Shown here one piece after another: positions 1-9,704 of a stretch of 64,000 nucleotides of DNA (the stretch's first letter is position 1; the number at the start of each line of letters is the position of its first letter). This DNA comes from Minisyncoccota bacterium (GTDB lineage: Bacteria; Patescibacteriota; Minisyncoccia; Phycocordibacterales; UBA918): the NCBI GenBank assembly GCA_041688155.1, contig JBDNIW010000003.1:5555-69554 (forward strand), in the 5' to 3' direction. Under the pieces are notes generated by a model, which was not told the DNA's origin, searched no databases, and worked only from the letters and a program-made list of their open reading frames with translations. The position numbers and the translations under genes were made by a program.

Positions 1-1
1 T

Positions 2-184
2 CTGACACACACCGTCGAGCACGCCGTCTACGTCGACGACCATCCAGAGCACATCAAAAACGCCGTCCAAACCATCCCGCGCGTAACCGTCGTGTATCTC
101 GATCGCAGCGGTGCCCGCCGGCAGATAGCCGGGGCGCAGACGATTAGTAGTCTAGCTGAGCTCGATGCTATCATTACCCCGATA
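2..184 (+). CDS. 3' fragment of upstream gene (possible HAD-like hydrolase C-terminus), 5'-truncated by window edge
   Basis: Open frame from window start ending ...VYVDDHPEHIKNAV...ITPI*; stop TGA overlaps next ATG (ATGA coupling). Confidence 0.4.
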
Positions 185-1308
185 TGAAACTCCTGATTGC
201 AACTGGTCTATATACCCCAGACATAGGCGGCCCCGCCACGTACACCACCCTACTCGAAGCAGACCTGCCTCAGCACGACGTCGAGGTCACGGTGGTGCCG
301 TTTACCCTGGTGCGCCGTTATCCCAAACTCATCCGCCACGTCGTCTACGGGTGGCGAGTATGGCAGGCGGCTCGGTCGGTCGACATCATCTACGCGCTCG
401 ACCCGATCAGTGTCGGGCTACCAGCCCTGTTTGCCGCCAAACTCCGTCGCACGCCATTTCTGCTACGACTCGGGGGTGACTACGCTTGGGAGCAAGGCCG
501 GATCAGGTTTGGCGTCACCCAGACCCTCGACGGATACGTCCAGAACCCCACCGGCCGGCCGCTCCTAGTGCGCCTACTTGCAGCCCTGCAGACCTACGTT
601 GCGCACAACGCCGTGACCGTCATTGCACCCAGTCAATACCTCAAACGCATCATCACGCAGTGGGGAATAGACCCGGCCACTATCGCGGTCATCTACAGCA
701 CGCTCGTCCCCTTAGTGTCGACGCAATCAGCGGCCGACACTAGACGAGCGCAGTCGCTCGAGGCGCCCGTGCTCGTGACCGCCGGCCGTCTGGTCCCGTG
801 GAAAGGTATGTTGGCGGTGATTGCGGTGGTACGTCAGCTCCGCCACCAGTACCCGACGGTCACACTGTTGATTGTCGGTGATGGTCCCCAGCTAGGAGAA
901 CTGCAGGCGTACGTCGCCAAACACCAACTCGACCAGCATGTCCGGTTTCTCGGACGGCAATCCAAAACCGAGTTGGCCAACACCGTCAAGTCAGCCGATG
1001 TGTTCATTCTCAACACCGCCTACGAAGGTCTCTCGCATCAGCTACTAGAAGTCATGGATCTCGGCGTGCCGATTGTGACCACCAACAACGGGGGTAACAC
1101 CGAACTCCTCTCCGACGGAGTCGATTCATTCCTCGTGCCGTTTAACGACCAGTCGGCGCTACAGGCCGCCTGTGAGCGACTGCTGCAGTACCCCGCAACC
1201 GCCGCCCAGCTGGTCCAGTTTGCTCGCGCCCGGACCAAAGATTTTTCCCGCCAGCGCGCCGTCGAGCAGTTTGTCACCCTCATACAACGCATCCACCATG
1301 GCACATAA
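184..1308 (+). CDS. glycosyltransferase family 1 (GT4-like)
   Basis: 374 aa; N-terminal MKLLIATGLYTPDIGG and C-terminal GT1 domain pattern (PWKG...VGDGP...E(G)LS..LLE.M..G.P). Confidence 0.85.
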   Translation: MKLLIATGLYTPDIGGPATYTTLLEADLPQHDVEVTVVPFTLVRRYPKLIRHVVYGWRVWQAARSVDIIYALDPISVGLPALFAAKLRRTPFLLRLGGDYAWEQGRIRFGVTQTLDGYVQNPTGRPLLVRLLAALQTYVAHNAVTVIAPSQYLKRIITQWGIDPATIAVIYSTLVPLVSTQSAADTRRAQSLEAPVLVTAGRLVPWKGMLAVIAVVRQLRHQYPTVTLLIVGDGPQLGELQAYVAKHQLDQHVRFLGRQSKTELANTVKSADVFILNTAYEGLSHQLLEVMDLGVPIVTTNNGGNTELLSDGVDSFLVPFNDQSALQAACERLLQYPATAAQLVQFARARTKDFSRQRAVEQFVTLIQRIHHGT

Positions 1309-2413
1309 CCTCATCGCCATCAGCTACGCCAAACGCACGCTCGAGCCAGACTCGCGCGAACGAGCCCGGATGCAGTCGTACGCCACGCACCTCACCAGTT
1401 ATCACGTGATCGTGTTCACCCGCCAGGGTGAAGGGTTCCCAGCTGTGCAGCACGACGGCTCACTCCACCTCTACGCCACCAATGCCCGCACCAAACTCGG
1501 GATGTTGTGGCGATCGTACCGTATCGGACGAACTATTATCCAACAGCATCCCGACACCCAGTTTGTTGTGACAAGCCAGGATCCGTTTGAAACGAGTTTG
1601 ATCGGGCGCGCGCTGGCGCGCGCCCGCACCGTCCGCCACCACGTCCAGATCCACGGCGACGTGTTCAACCCGGCCAGCTACACCGCGGCGCTACTGCCGC
1701 GGGTGCGAGTCAGGTACGGTCGCCACGTCGTCCGCCACACGGCGGCCATCAGGGTAGTGAGCGCCCGGATCAAGCGCAGCCTGGTCGCTCTGGGGGTTGC
1801 GCCCGACCGCATCACGGTTCTACCCGTCCAAGCCGACCTCGCCGCGCTGTTGCCCATTGGCGCTAGTCGCCGGCATACACCCCAGTCACCACTACGACTC
1901 TTGTTCCTTGGTCGCCTAGCCCCAGAAAAACAACTGGCCATCCTCATCAACGCCGTCGCAATCCTCCAGACCAACCAGGTCGCGGTACAACTGCACATCG
2001 TCGGTGCTGGTCCAGAGGCAGCTCGTCTCCAACAGCAGGTCAGTAGTCACCACCTCGAGGCGCACGTTACGTTCACCCCCTGGACTGATGACATCACGAG
2101 CGTACTGCAGTCGGCGGACGTGTTCTGCCTACCATCTGCCCACGAGGGCTGGGGTATGGTCCTACTCGAAGCCGCCGCCAGCGGTCTAGCGATTGTGACC
2201 ACTGACGTCGGCTGTGTCGGTGAGACCCTCATCAGCGGCGAGCATGTCTTGGTCGCCCACACGGAGCAACAGTTTGCGGACGCCATCACTCGCCTGACCG
2301 ACCCCGTCCTGCGTACCACTCTCGCTGACCGCGCCCACCAGGCCGCGACGCAGTTTGTCGCCGCTAGTAACAATCATCAGGAGCGGGTGGTAGCGGGACA
2401 TTTCACTACCTAG
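1298..2413 (+). CDS. glycosyltransferase family 1
   Basis: In-frame ATG (MAHNLIAISYAK) inside longer ORF 1172..2413; GT1 C-terminal motifs (FLGRLAPEKQ..., EGWGMVLLEAAASGLAIVTTDVG); 11-nt overlap with previous gene. Confidence 0.8.
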   Translation: MAHNLIAISYAKRTLEPDSRERARMQSYATHLTSYHVIVFTRQGEGFPAVQHDGSLHLYATNARTKLGMLWRSYRIGRTIIQQHPDTQFVVTSQDPFETSLIGRALARARTVRHHVQIHGDVFNPASYTAALLPRVRVRYGRHVVRHTAAIRVVSARIKRSLVALGVAPDRITVLPVQADLAALLPIGASRRHTPQSPLRLLFLGRLAPEKQLAILINAVAILQTNQVAVQLHIVGAGPEAARLQQQVSSHHLEAHVTFTPWTDDITSVLQSADVFCLPSAHEGWGMVLLEAAASGLAIVTTDVGCVGETLISGEHVLVAHTEQQFADAITRLTDPVLRTTLADRAHQAATQFVAASNNHQERVVAGHFTT

Positions 2414-2443
2414 CGTCAGACGAGCTGTTATACTATCGGTACT

Positions 2444-3778
2444 ATGGCTCGCCGCGACCTATTAACCGATTCTTCTGACTACGCTTCAGGCGAGCTCGAC
2501 TACATATTACGGACTGACGACCCGCAGGCGGCAGCCGTCCCAAAGGTGACAGTGGAGCAGGCGCTACGCGGTGCCCGGGTAACCAAGTATAGTTCTAGCC
2601 GAAACGTCACCCGCGTATTGTTTATCTCCGAAAACACCGCGCTACTCAACCCATCTCGACAGACGCTCGACGGGTACATCAACGTTGCTGATATGTTTGA
2701 TGAAGTACATATTCTCGTGTTGCGGACCGGGATTGCTCCGAGACAGCCAGTGCTACGTCCTGACACCAACGTGTGGATATACACGGTCGCGACTGAGAAT
2801 TGGTGGCAACTACCAGCCGCTGCCCGCGACATGTTGGCCAAAGAACTGATGTTTGCTAACGGGTTCCGCCCAGACTTGATCATTGCTCGCGACCCACTGG
2901 TGTCTGGCCTAGTCGCCCTGCGTGCCGCCGCTACCTATGGTCGACCCGCGCAGCTGCACGTCACGCACACGGCCTATCACGAGTCAGGCGAGCAGCCAGG
3001 TTTATTGCAGCGACTCCTGGCGTGGTACACCATTCCTCGATTTACGAGTGTCCGCGTCACCAACAAAAAAGTCTGGTCCAAAATCCAATCAGCGGTGACG
3101 ACCACGGATTTTGCCATGTTGCCCCGGCTGAATCCATACGAATCAATCCTCACCAGCCCTGAGACCATCGACCTGCACGCACGATACCCCCAATACATTT
3201 TCACCATGCTGTTTGTCGGGTCGTTGGAACCCGGCTCCACCGTCCTAGAGGTTATCGCCGCTGCAGCAGACATGCTCCACAACTCCAGTATCTGTCTGAT
3301 TATCATCGGAGACGGCCCCTTGCGGGCAGACTGCCATAGCCGCGCCAAGGCCCTCGGAATCGAACGGCAAATCATCTATCTCCCCAGCACCGTCGACGTC
3401 GTCTCATACCTCAAAGCGGCCCACGTACTATTTGTCACCGATACCGACGAATACAGCGAAGACATTATTAGGCAAGCGGCATACGCCGGTATCCCGCTAC
3501 TCCTCACTCGTACCGAGTCACGCTCTGACCTGTTTACCCACCTTGAGTCGGCGTACTTTTGCGAACCGCACCAGATTGACACGCTCGCCGCTGGCCTAAC
3601 CACCCTGATGAACAACGTCGCGTTGCGGCAACATCTGTCCGAACAAGCCTTAGTCGAAGTCAAATCCCTGTTCCACCAAGACCCCAAACTATACCAACGG
3701 CGCTACCGTGAAAGCCTTGAAGCCGCCCTGTTTGCCGACGAGCCGCTCCCGGCCACTGACGATACCCGTCAAAATTAA
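2444..3778 (+). CDS. glycosyltransferase family 1-like protein with N-terminal extension
   Basis: 444 aa; C-terminal half shows GT1 fold signature (FVGSLEPG...IIGDGPLR...YAGIPLLLT); -10-like TTATACT 9 nt upstream. Confidence 0.7.
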   Translation: MARRDLLTDSSDYASGELDYILRTDDPQAAAVPKVTVEQALRGARVTKYSSSRNVTRVLFISENTALLNPSRQTLDGYINVADMFDEVHILVLRTGIAPRQPVLRPDTNVWIYTVATENWWQLPAAARDMLAKELMFANGFRPDLIIARDPLVSGLVALRAAATYGRPAQLHVTHTAYHESGEQPGLLQRLLAWYTIPRFTSVRVTNKKVWSKIQSAVTTTDFAMLPRLNPYESILTSPETIDLHARYPQYIFTMLFVGSLEPGSTVLEVIAAAADMLHNSSICLIIIGDGPLRADCHSRAKALGIERQIIYLPSTVDVVSYLKAAHVLFVTDTDEYSEDIIRQAAYAGIPLLLTRTESRSDLFTHLESAYFCEPHQIDTLAAGLTTLMNNVALRQHLSEQALVEVKSLFHQDPKLYQRRYRESLEAALFADEPLPATDDTRQN

Positions 3779-3801
3779 CTCTGTGCTATCATGCACTGCT
3801 T

Positions 3802-4668
3802 ATGGAATCACTGATACAACTACTACAGCCCAACCGCACGATCGCCAAAACCGGCATCTACGTCACCAACGACATCGCCAACACAACTGTCTGGGACAAA
3901 CTAGCCCTCGAGAACCCGACCCACGCCGTCATATCAGCCACGGACGAACCCGCCGCCACGCAGAAATCCCACGTCCAGATTGCCGACATCAAACGCCATC
4001 TGCAGCCAACCGACGTCGTACTCGACTACGGCTGTGGGTATGGTCGGGTTGCCCAACACCTGCTACCCCAGCTACAACTGGCAGGGTATATCGGACTCGA
4101 CAGTTCCTATCAGATGCTCCAACTGTTCAAACTCCGCTACCACAAAAACGACGACGAGCAGACCACCCCAGTCCTGCTCCTGAACGCCGACATCAACTCC
4201 ATCCCGCTGCAACCGGCGTCGGTTGACGCCGTGATTGTCAGCGCCGTGTTCCTCCACAACCACAAATCAATCGTGCACCAAGCCATGGACCAGCTCACCC
4301 GGGTGGTCAAACCAGGCGGGACGGTCCTGGTCTATTCCTCATTCCCGCGGATTGCGACGCTGATGGGGCTCCAAGGACAGCTGTATCAGATGGCGCTCAA
4401 CCTACTCGGCCGCCCGTTTAAAAACGGCCCCGTCCGCTACTACACCGCCCGCGAGATCAAACGCCTGTTCGCCAGTTTTAGCAACGTACAACTAGTCCCG
4501 GTCGGGTTCGCCGTCCTGCCCAAAACCATCCTCATCTTGCCGTGGCCCCTCGAAGTCGCCTGGCGCAAAGGCATCGCCAACCCCGTCAACACCCTACTCG
4601 AACGCATCACCCCCCAGTCCCTCAAGTGTCACTTTGCCGTCCATTTCGACGTTATAGCAAAGCGATAG
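3802..4668 (+). CDS. class I SAM-dependent methyltransferase
   Basis: Motif I VLDYGCGYGR, post-I GLDSS, VKPGGTVLV. Confidence 0.8.
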   Translation: MESLIQLLQPNRTIAKTGIYVTNDIANTTVWDKLALENPTHAVISATDEPAATQKSHVQIADIKRHLQPTDVVLDYGCGYGRVAQHLLPQLQLAGYIGLDSSYQMLQLFKLRYHKNDDEQTTPVLLLNADINSIPLQPASVDAVIVSAVFLHNHKSIVHQAMDQLTRVVKPGGTVLVYSSFPRIATLMGLQGQLYQMALNLLGRPFKNGPVRYYTAREIKRLFASFSNVQLVPVGFAVLPKTILILPWPLEVAWRKGIANPVNTLLERITPQSLKCHFAVHFDVIAKR

Positions 4669-4669
4669 C

Positions 4670-5689
4670 ATGAAACTCCTCATCGTCACCCAAGTCATAG
4701 ACACCGACCACCCCATCCTCGGGTTCTTTCATCGCTGGGTGACTGAGTTCGCCCTGCACTACGAGCACGTGCATGTCATTGCGCTGCAGGTAGGGAAGCA
4801 CGATCTACCAGCCAACGTCACCGTCCACAGCCTCGGCAAAGAATCCGGCGTCAACCGCCTGCAGTACCTCATCCGCTTCTACCAACTGATCTGGCAACTA
4901 CGCCCGCAGTACGACCACGTGTTCGTCCACATGAACCAAATCTACGTCATCCTCGGCGCCGCCCTCTGGCGCGCCACCGGCAAGCGGATCGGATTGTGGT
5001 ACATGCATGGCACTACCTCAGTGTCATTGCGAGTGGCCGAGAAACTGACCCATCGTATTTTTACCGGCTCACCTGAAAGTTGCTGCATCAAAAGCAGCAA
5101 AATAGTAGTGACTGGTCACGGCATTGATACCACACACTTTGCACCAGACAGAACCGTCGAAAAGAAATATGACCTAGTCAGCATCGGTCGTATCACTCAC
5201 TCCAAAAATTTGATCGAGTTAGTAAACTTGTTCGCTCAGATTCGAGAACAAGCGGACGTGTCACTCACCATAGTAGGTGCACCAGTGACAGTAGCCGAAC
5301 AAGCCTACGAACAAAAGTTGCGTCAGCATATCGCCGACTTGGAACTAGCTGACCATGTCAATCTTCCCGGCAGAGTCTCCCAAGCCGACTTACCTCAGTT
5401 CCTCAACCGATCAAAAATATTTGTAACCGTAGCCCAAAACGGCAGCCTAGACAAAGCCATCCTCGAAGCCATGGCAGTCGGTCTCCCAGTAGTCTCAATG
5501 GCCCCAGGAACAGCGTCACTGGAATTGGGTCCACAACAAGTTACCCAACCCGATGACTTTGCGTCCCAGGTACAGGCCCTACTACAACAACCATCGTTTT
5601 TCTCCCCAAAGAATGTAAAATGTATACAAAGCACCCACAGTATCGATTCTCTCGTACAAGAAAAAATTTTAAAAAGTCTGTATGCCTGA
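4670..5689 (+). CDS. glycosyltransferase family 1
   Basis: 339 aa, MKLLIVTQV... N-terminus, GT1 C-terminal pattern; start overlaps previous stop (TAGCATG). Confidence 0.8.
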   Translation: MKLLIVTQVIDTDHPILGFFHRWVTEFALHYEHVHVIALQVGKHDLPANVTVHSLGKESGVNRLQYLIRFYQLIWQLRPQYDHVFVHMNQIYVILGAALWRATGKRIGLWYMHGTTSVSLRVAEKLTHRIFTGSPESCCIKSSKIVVTGHGIDTTHFAPDRTVEKKYDLVSIGRITHSKNLIELVNLFAQIREQADVSLTIVGAPVTVAEQAYEQKLRQHIADLELADHVNLPGRVSQADLPQFLNRSKIFVTVAQNGSLDKAILEAMAVGLPVVSMAPGTASLELGPQQVTQPDDFASQVQALLQQPSFFSPKNVKCIQSTHSIDSLVQEKILKSLYA

Positions 5690-5804
5690 TTCTACTTATC
5701 AAAAACAAGTCGCTAAAAATCACTACTCTTTCGGGAAGTATTATTACCCTGGCCGTTGTCTTTGTTAAGGTCTAATAACTATAGGGTGAAGTAGTCACCA
5801 ATTA

Positions 5805-7199
5805 CTAGCTCAGGTGATTTTTTAAGATTCTTAGGGAGAGTTTTTCGTAATTTGACTTGGCTACAATCCCCATCAGTTTGGAATCCAGGTTCTCATAGAA
5901 ATCTGATGTCTCTTTATTTCTTTCTTGGGGTAGTGTAAAACCTTTTTTTCGATAAACTAGGTCTTTGGGTAGGAAGTTTAAGGCGACTTCTCTGAATAAA
6001 TTTTTCTCGAAGGATATTCTTGTCTTGGATTCTTTGTTGAAAGATATTTTTTGTCGGCTATCTATTCCTATATAAAACTCAATCAAATCCATATCGTAAT
6101 AAGGGTTACTGCATAGTTTTTTATTGGCTATAGAGGGTCCGTTGATAGATTCGCCGTCTATGGGTGTGTGAGCTATGTACATACCAGCTTGAGCAATTTG
6201 ACCAGTAATTGATATATCTTTATCAATATAGTCTTCATATGGATGTTTCGTTACATAACCATGTGTGCAGTGATGTAAATAATTTTTGACTGGACTGTTG
6301 TGTGGCATATCAACAAACTTGTTACGAATGACCTTTGGTAAGAAGCTTGTAACGATCGTATTTGATTGGGCAGAAACAGAGGACGACATCGTATCTGTAT
6401 TTTGAGCAAACATGAGCTGATTTTCTTTTGAAATGTCAGATTCTGCCCAAAGTGCAGCAATATTAATCGCTGTAGGTGAACCGTTTGGTGTCTTATATAA
6501 ATCTTTAAGGCTTTTCAAATACTCAGCATATTTTTTTGGACAAACATCAATTAAGGTATGTTTAGCAGCTCCAATTGCTTCCGCATTTTTTTTTGCAAAT
6601 GAGTACTCTGTTCCGTTTTTTCCCCAAGGCAAGGCTGTGTAGGCATTGATCTTGATGTCTTTACTTTTCAATATGCAACCAACCAAACCACTGTCCATAC
6701 CTCCACTCAAATACAATCCAATAGTATCTTCTTTTAATGTTCTCTCCACTGCTTTTTCTAGTAGCTTGTATAGTTCAATCCTAATTTCTGCCCTGGAGTT
6801 GGGGCTAGAAATAGTATTCATTCGGTAGGTATAGATGTTTTGTACTGATTGAGTATTTACTCTAAGGACTGATCCTGGTGGAACTATTTTTATTTCAGAA
6901 TCTATCTCCGTTACTTTACCAGAAGCAAGTCCCAAATATCGTTGAATATTCTCTGGCTTTAAATTGCTTCTGTTAGGTTTTAGTGAGTTATAGTTAAAGG
7001 ACCAATGAACAAGATTGTCTGATATTTTGTAGTAAAGAGGAATCGTACCCAGATGATCTCTTACAGCTAAAAATTCGCCTGGACCAACCTCAAATACAGC
7101 TGCAAAATTCGCGTCGCGTCGCTCTTTTGTAAAAAATGTCTCCCATGACGTTTTATCACCTACTATATTTTCGAAATTATACGATATAACTTTTTTCAT
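5805..7199 (-). CDS. asparagine synthetase-like amidotransferase (AsnB family; N-terminal catalytic Cys absent)
   Basis: 464 aa; PP-loop LYLSGGMDSG; low-GC gene; N-terminus MKKVISYNF lacks the Cys2 of class II glutamine amidotransferases. Confidence 0.75.
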   Translation of the reverse strand: MKKVISYNFENIVGDKTSWETFFTKERRDANFAAVFEVGPGEFLAVRDHLGTIPLYYKISDNLVHWSFNYNSLKPNRSNLKPENIQRYLGLASGKVTEIDSEIKIVPPGSVLRVNTQSVQNIYTYRMNTISSPNSRAEIRIELYKLLEKAVERTLKEDTIGLYLSGGMDSGLVGCILKSKDIKINAYTALPWGKNGTEYSFAKKNAEAIGAAKHTLIDVCPKKYAEYLKSLKDLYKTPNGSPTAINIAALWAESDISKENQLMFAQNTDTMSSSVSAQSNTIVTSFLPKVIRNKFVDMPHNSPVKNYLHHCTHGYVTKHPYEDYIDKDISITGQIAQAGMYIAHTPIDGESINGPSIANKKLCSNPYYDMDLIEFYIGIDSRQKISFNKESKTRISFEKNLFREVALNFLPKDLVYRKKGFTLPQERNKETSDFYENLDSKLMGIVAKSNYEKLSLRILKNHLS

Positions 7200-7322
7200 A
7201 TGACTTGAGTAGTATACTAGTAGAAAAGAACGGTGTTAACTAAAATATAAAATAAACTGTATAATTATCCACAACCAGTGTCGTTTCTTGCAACTATCGA
7301 TAAACGAAAGTCTAAGCTAATT

Positions 7323-8429
7323 ATGAAACTAGCCTACTTAGCGAACATCAGATTTCCAAGTGAACGAGCGCACTCTACACATATAGCCCATATGTGTCAG
7401 GCTTTTTCGGCTGTTCCGGCAAACGTGACATTGATAGTAAATAAACGAGTTTTAGGGTCAAACAAAGCAGTGGATGATTTGTATAAGTTCAAGTCGGACT
7501 TTACTATTCAGCGTATCTACTCTAGTCCCTTAGTTACATCCATTTTCTTCACGTTCCACCTGAGTGCACTTATATTTGTATTTAACGCCTTATTACACAG
7601 CCGGCGTACTGAGTATGATATTTTCTACACGCGTGACGAATGGATTACCTGGATGCTATCTTTCTTCATCCCAAGCAAAAAAATCATCTGGGAATCCCAT
7701 GAAGCAAAATTCAATCTACCCGCTAGAAGAATTCTAAAAAAGGGTATAAAGACCATCGTGATTTCTGAAGGTATTTACACTGCGTACATAAAGCGAGGTG
7801 TAGACGCGAGTCAGATGTTAATTGCTCATGACGCTATTGATGAATCATTTTTTGGTCCAGTAGATACCCAAGCAACTGCGCGAGAGCGGCTTGGGTTATC
7901 GTCAGACTCCAAAATAGCCATGTATATTGGTGGATTTGACGCCTGGAAGGGGGTCGAGACGTTCTTTAAAGCAGCTAGTCTTACAAAAGATACGTTGTAT
8001 GTTGCTATTGGTGGTACTGAGCTACAGGTTGCTGAGTACACAAAACAATACCCCGACGTAGTATTTCTAGGATCAAAGCCATATAGCGATTTAAAAGATT
8101 ATCAACAAGCGGCAGATATTTTAGTAATTCCAAACACAGCTACAAATACATTGTCTGCAAACTACACCTCACCGTTAAAATTATTTGCGCATATGACATC
8201 AGGCATACCTCTGTTGTTAAGTGACATCCCGAGTCTCAAAAACGTCACTGGTACAGAGTTGGTTACATTCTTCGAGGCCGATAATGCGATAGCGTTAGAT
8301 AAAGGTGTCACCAGTATTGTTCTAGATGCCGCTAAAAAGAAACAAAACGCCCTTGTTTTAAAAAGAATTTCTGAGAAATACACTTGGACTGAGCGTACTC
8401 ATTCAATTATAAAGTTTATTTCCGCATAA
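7323..8429 (+). CDS. glycosyltransferase family 1
   Basis: GT1 C-terminal pattern (IGGFDAWKG...IGGTEL...); ORF extends to GTG at 7278 but ATG 7323 (MKLAYLANIRFP) fits the family N-terminus. Confidence 0.75.
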   Translation: MKLAYLANIRFPSERAHSTHIAHMCQAFSAVPANVTLIVNKRVLGSNKAVDDLYKFKSDFTIQRIYSSPLVTSIFFTFHLSALIFVFNALLHSRRTEYDIFYTRDEWITWMLSFFIPSKKIIWESHEAKFNLPARRILKKGIKTIVISEGIYTAYIKRGVDASQMLIAHDAIDESFFGPVDTQATARERLGLSSDSKIAMYIGGFDAWKGVETFFKAASLTKDTLYVAIGGTELQVAEYTKQYPDVVFLGSKPYSDLKDYQQAADILVIPNTATNTLSANYTSPLKLFAHMTSGIPLLLSDIPSLKNVTGTELVTFFEADNAIALDKGVTSIVLDAAKKKQNALVLKRISEKYTWTERTHSIIKFISA

Positions 8430-8444
8430 GGTATACTGCTGCGT

Positions 8445-9059
8445 ATGACTAGTTGGGATATTTTCTTCAAAGAAAAGTGTATAGACATTTTTACCACTTC
8501 AAAAGAAGTGATTGATATTGGTGGTAGTTTAAGACTTGATACTGGTAAAAGTAATCGAGTCTCTGATAAAAATGCCTGGCTGCAAGAGTATGTAGACAAA
8601 GTTGACTACAAAATACTCGATCCTATACCTGACTATAATCCAGATATAGTAGGTGATATCCATGACTTACCGTTTGCTGATAATTCAAAAGAGGCTATTC
8701 TGTGTTTAGCAGTGTTAGAACATGTAGAAAACCCTATTAAAGCGGTGGAAGAGTTGTTCCGGGTTTTACAACCGGGTGGAAAACTATTGATATATGTGCC
8801 GTTCCTTTTTTATTATCACGCAGACAAAGGATACTACGGTGACTATTGGCGGTTTACCCATGACACATTAGAAATGTTCGCTAGACCATTTTCTACCCAT
8901 GAAATCAAAGAAGTACGTCTACCGGTCGAGACCCTGGTTAGACTCACTCCTCTTGGTAGGTATCGGTTTCCAATTTGGGTAGGAAGAAAGTTGGATGGTG
9001 CCCTGTATAAAAATGGTAGTCGTCAGGTGGCTGGGTATTATCTATACGTAGAAAAATAG
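8445..9059 (+). CDS. class I SAM-dependent methyltransferase (Methyltransf_11-like)
   Basis: DIHDLPFADNSKEAILCLAVLEHVENP...LQPGGKLLIYVPF. Confidence 0.75.
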   Translation: MTSWDIFFKEKCIDIFTTSKEVIDIGGSLRLDTGKSNRVSDKNAWLQEYVDKVDYKILDPIPDYNPDIVGDIHDLPFADNSKEAILCLAVLEHVENPIKAVEELFRVLQPGGKLLIYVPFLFYYHADKGYYGDYWRFTHDTLEMFARPFSTHEIKEVRLPVETLVRLTPLGRYRFPIWVGRKLDGALYKNGSRQVAGYYLYVEK

Positions 9060-9062
9060 CCT

Positions 9063-9704
9063 ATGCAAAAAATCACCAGAAAAAACATGAGACCTTTCCT
9101 AGAAAAATACGCTACAAACAGCGTAGTACTAGAAATAGGAGGTGGTGCAGTGTCTTGAAATCACACCTACAGTGATCTATTTCCAAATCGGCACACTGTC
9201 GATGTAGACCCACTCTGACAGTCAGATACCGTTGGGGACGCACACGCACTTCCGTTCGCCGATGGTTCATTTGAATACATTTTATGTATAGAAGTTCTAG
9301 AGCATCTCCATTCGCCACACCTAGCTATTGCTGAAATGAAACGGGTACTCAAACCAGATGCTACACTGATTCTAACCACCAGGTTCGTGTATCCTATCCA
9401 TGACGCACCTCACGATTACTACCGATATACTGAGTATGGATTACGACACTTATTTTCAGGTTGGAATATACAAGAGTTAGTCCCTGAAACTCAAACGATG
9501 TCAGCGGTTGGAGCATTGTTACAGCGAATTGGATTTCAAACTGATGTCCGAGGTGGTAAATTCACAAAGATGATTATGTATTCTTTAGCCTGGACGTTAG
9601 ATCACTTAAACTGGATTATAAAAAAAGAATACGGTGATATCAAGAAAAAAGTGTCGCAAACAAACATTATTACTACTGGGTACTATTTGGTTGCAATAAA
9701 TTAA
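9063..9704 (+). pseudogene. methyltransferase paralog of 8445..9059 interrupted by two in-frame TGA codons (9156-9158, 9216-9218)
   Basis: One frame reads MQKITRKNMRPFLEKYATNSVVLEIGGGAVS*NHTYSDLFPNRHTVDVDPL*QSDTVGDAHALPFADGSFEYILCIEVLEHLHSPHLAIAEMKRVLKPDATLILT..., colinear with the upstream methyltransferase. Confidence 0.65.

Noticed and set aside
165-743. Out-of-frame ORFs 165..479 and 486..743 overlapping the first GT1 gene
   Set aside because: They are Arg/Pro-rich translations of the alternate frame of a GC-rich gene.
1172-1297. Longer N-terminal extension of the second GT1 gene (ORF starts at 1172)
   Set aside because: It overlaps 137 nt of the upstream gene in another frame. The in-frame ATG at 1298 gives a family-typical N-terminus.
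9156-9218. Possibility that TGA is a sense codon (genetic code 25 or 4), which would make the methyltransferase intact
   Set aside because: TGA clearly terminates native genes in the window (for example at 5687-5689, 50030-50032 and 182-184). No other gene carries an internal TGA, so the standard code applies. Locus-specific read-through remains only a remote option.
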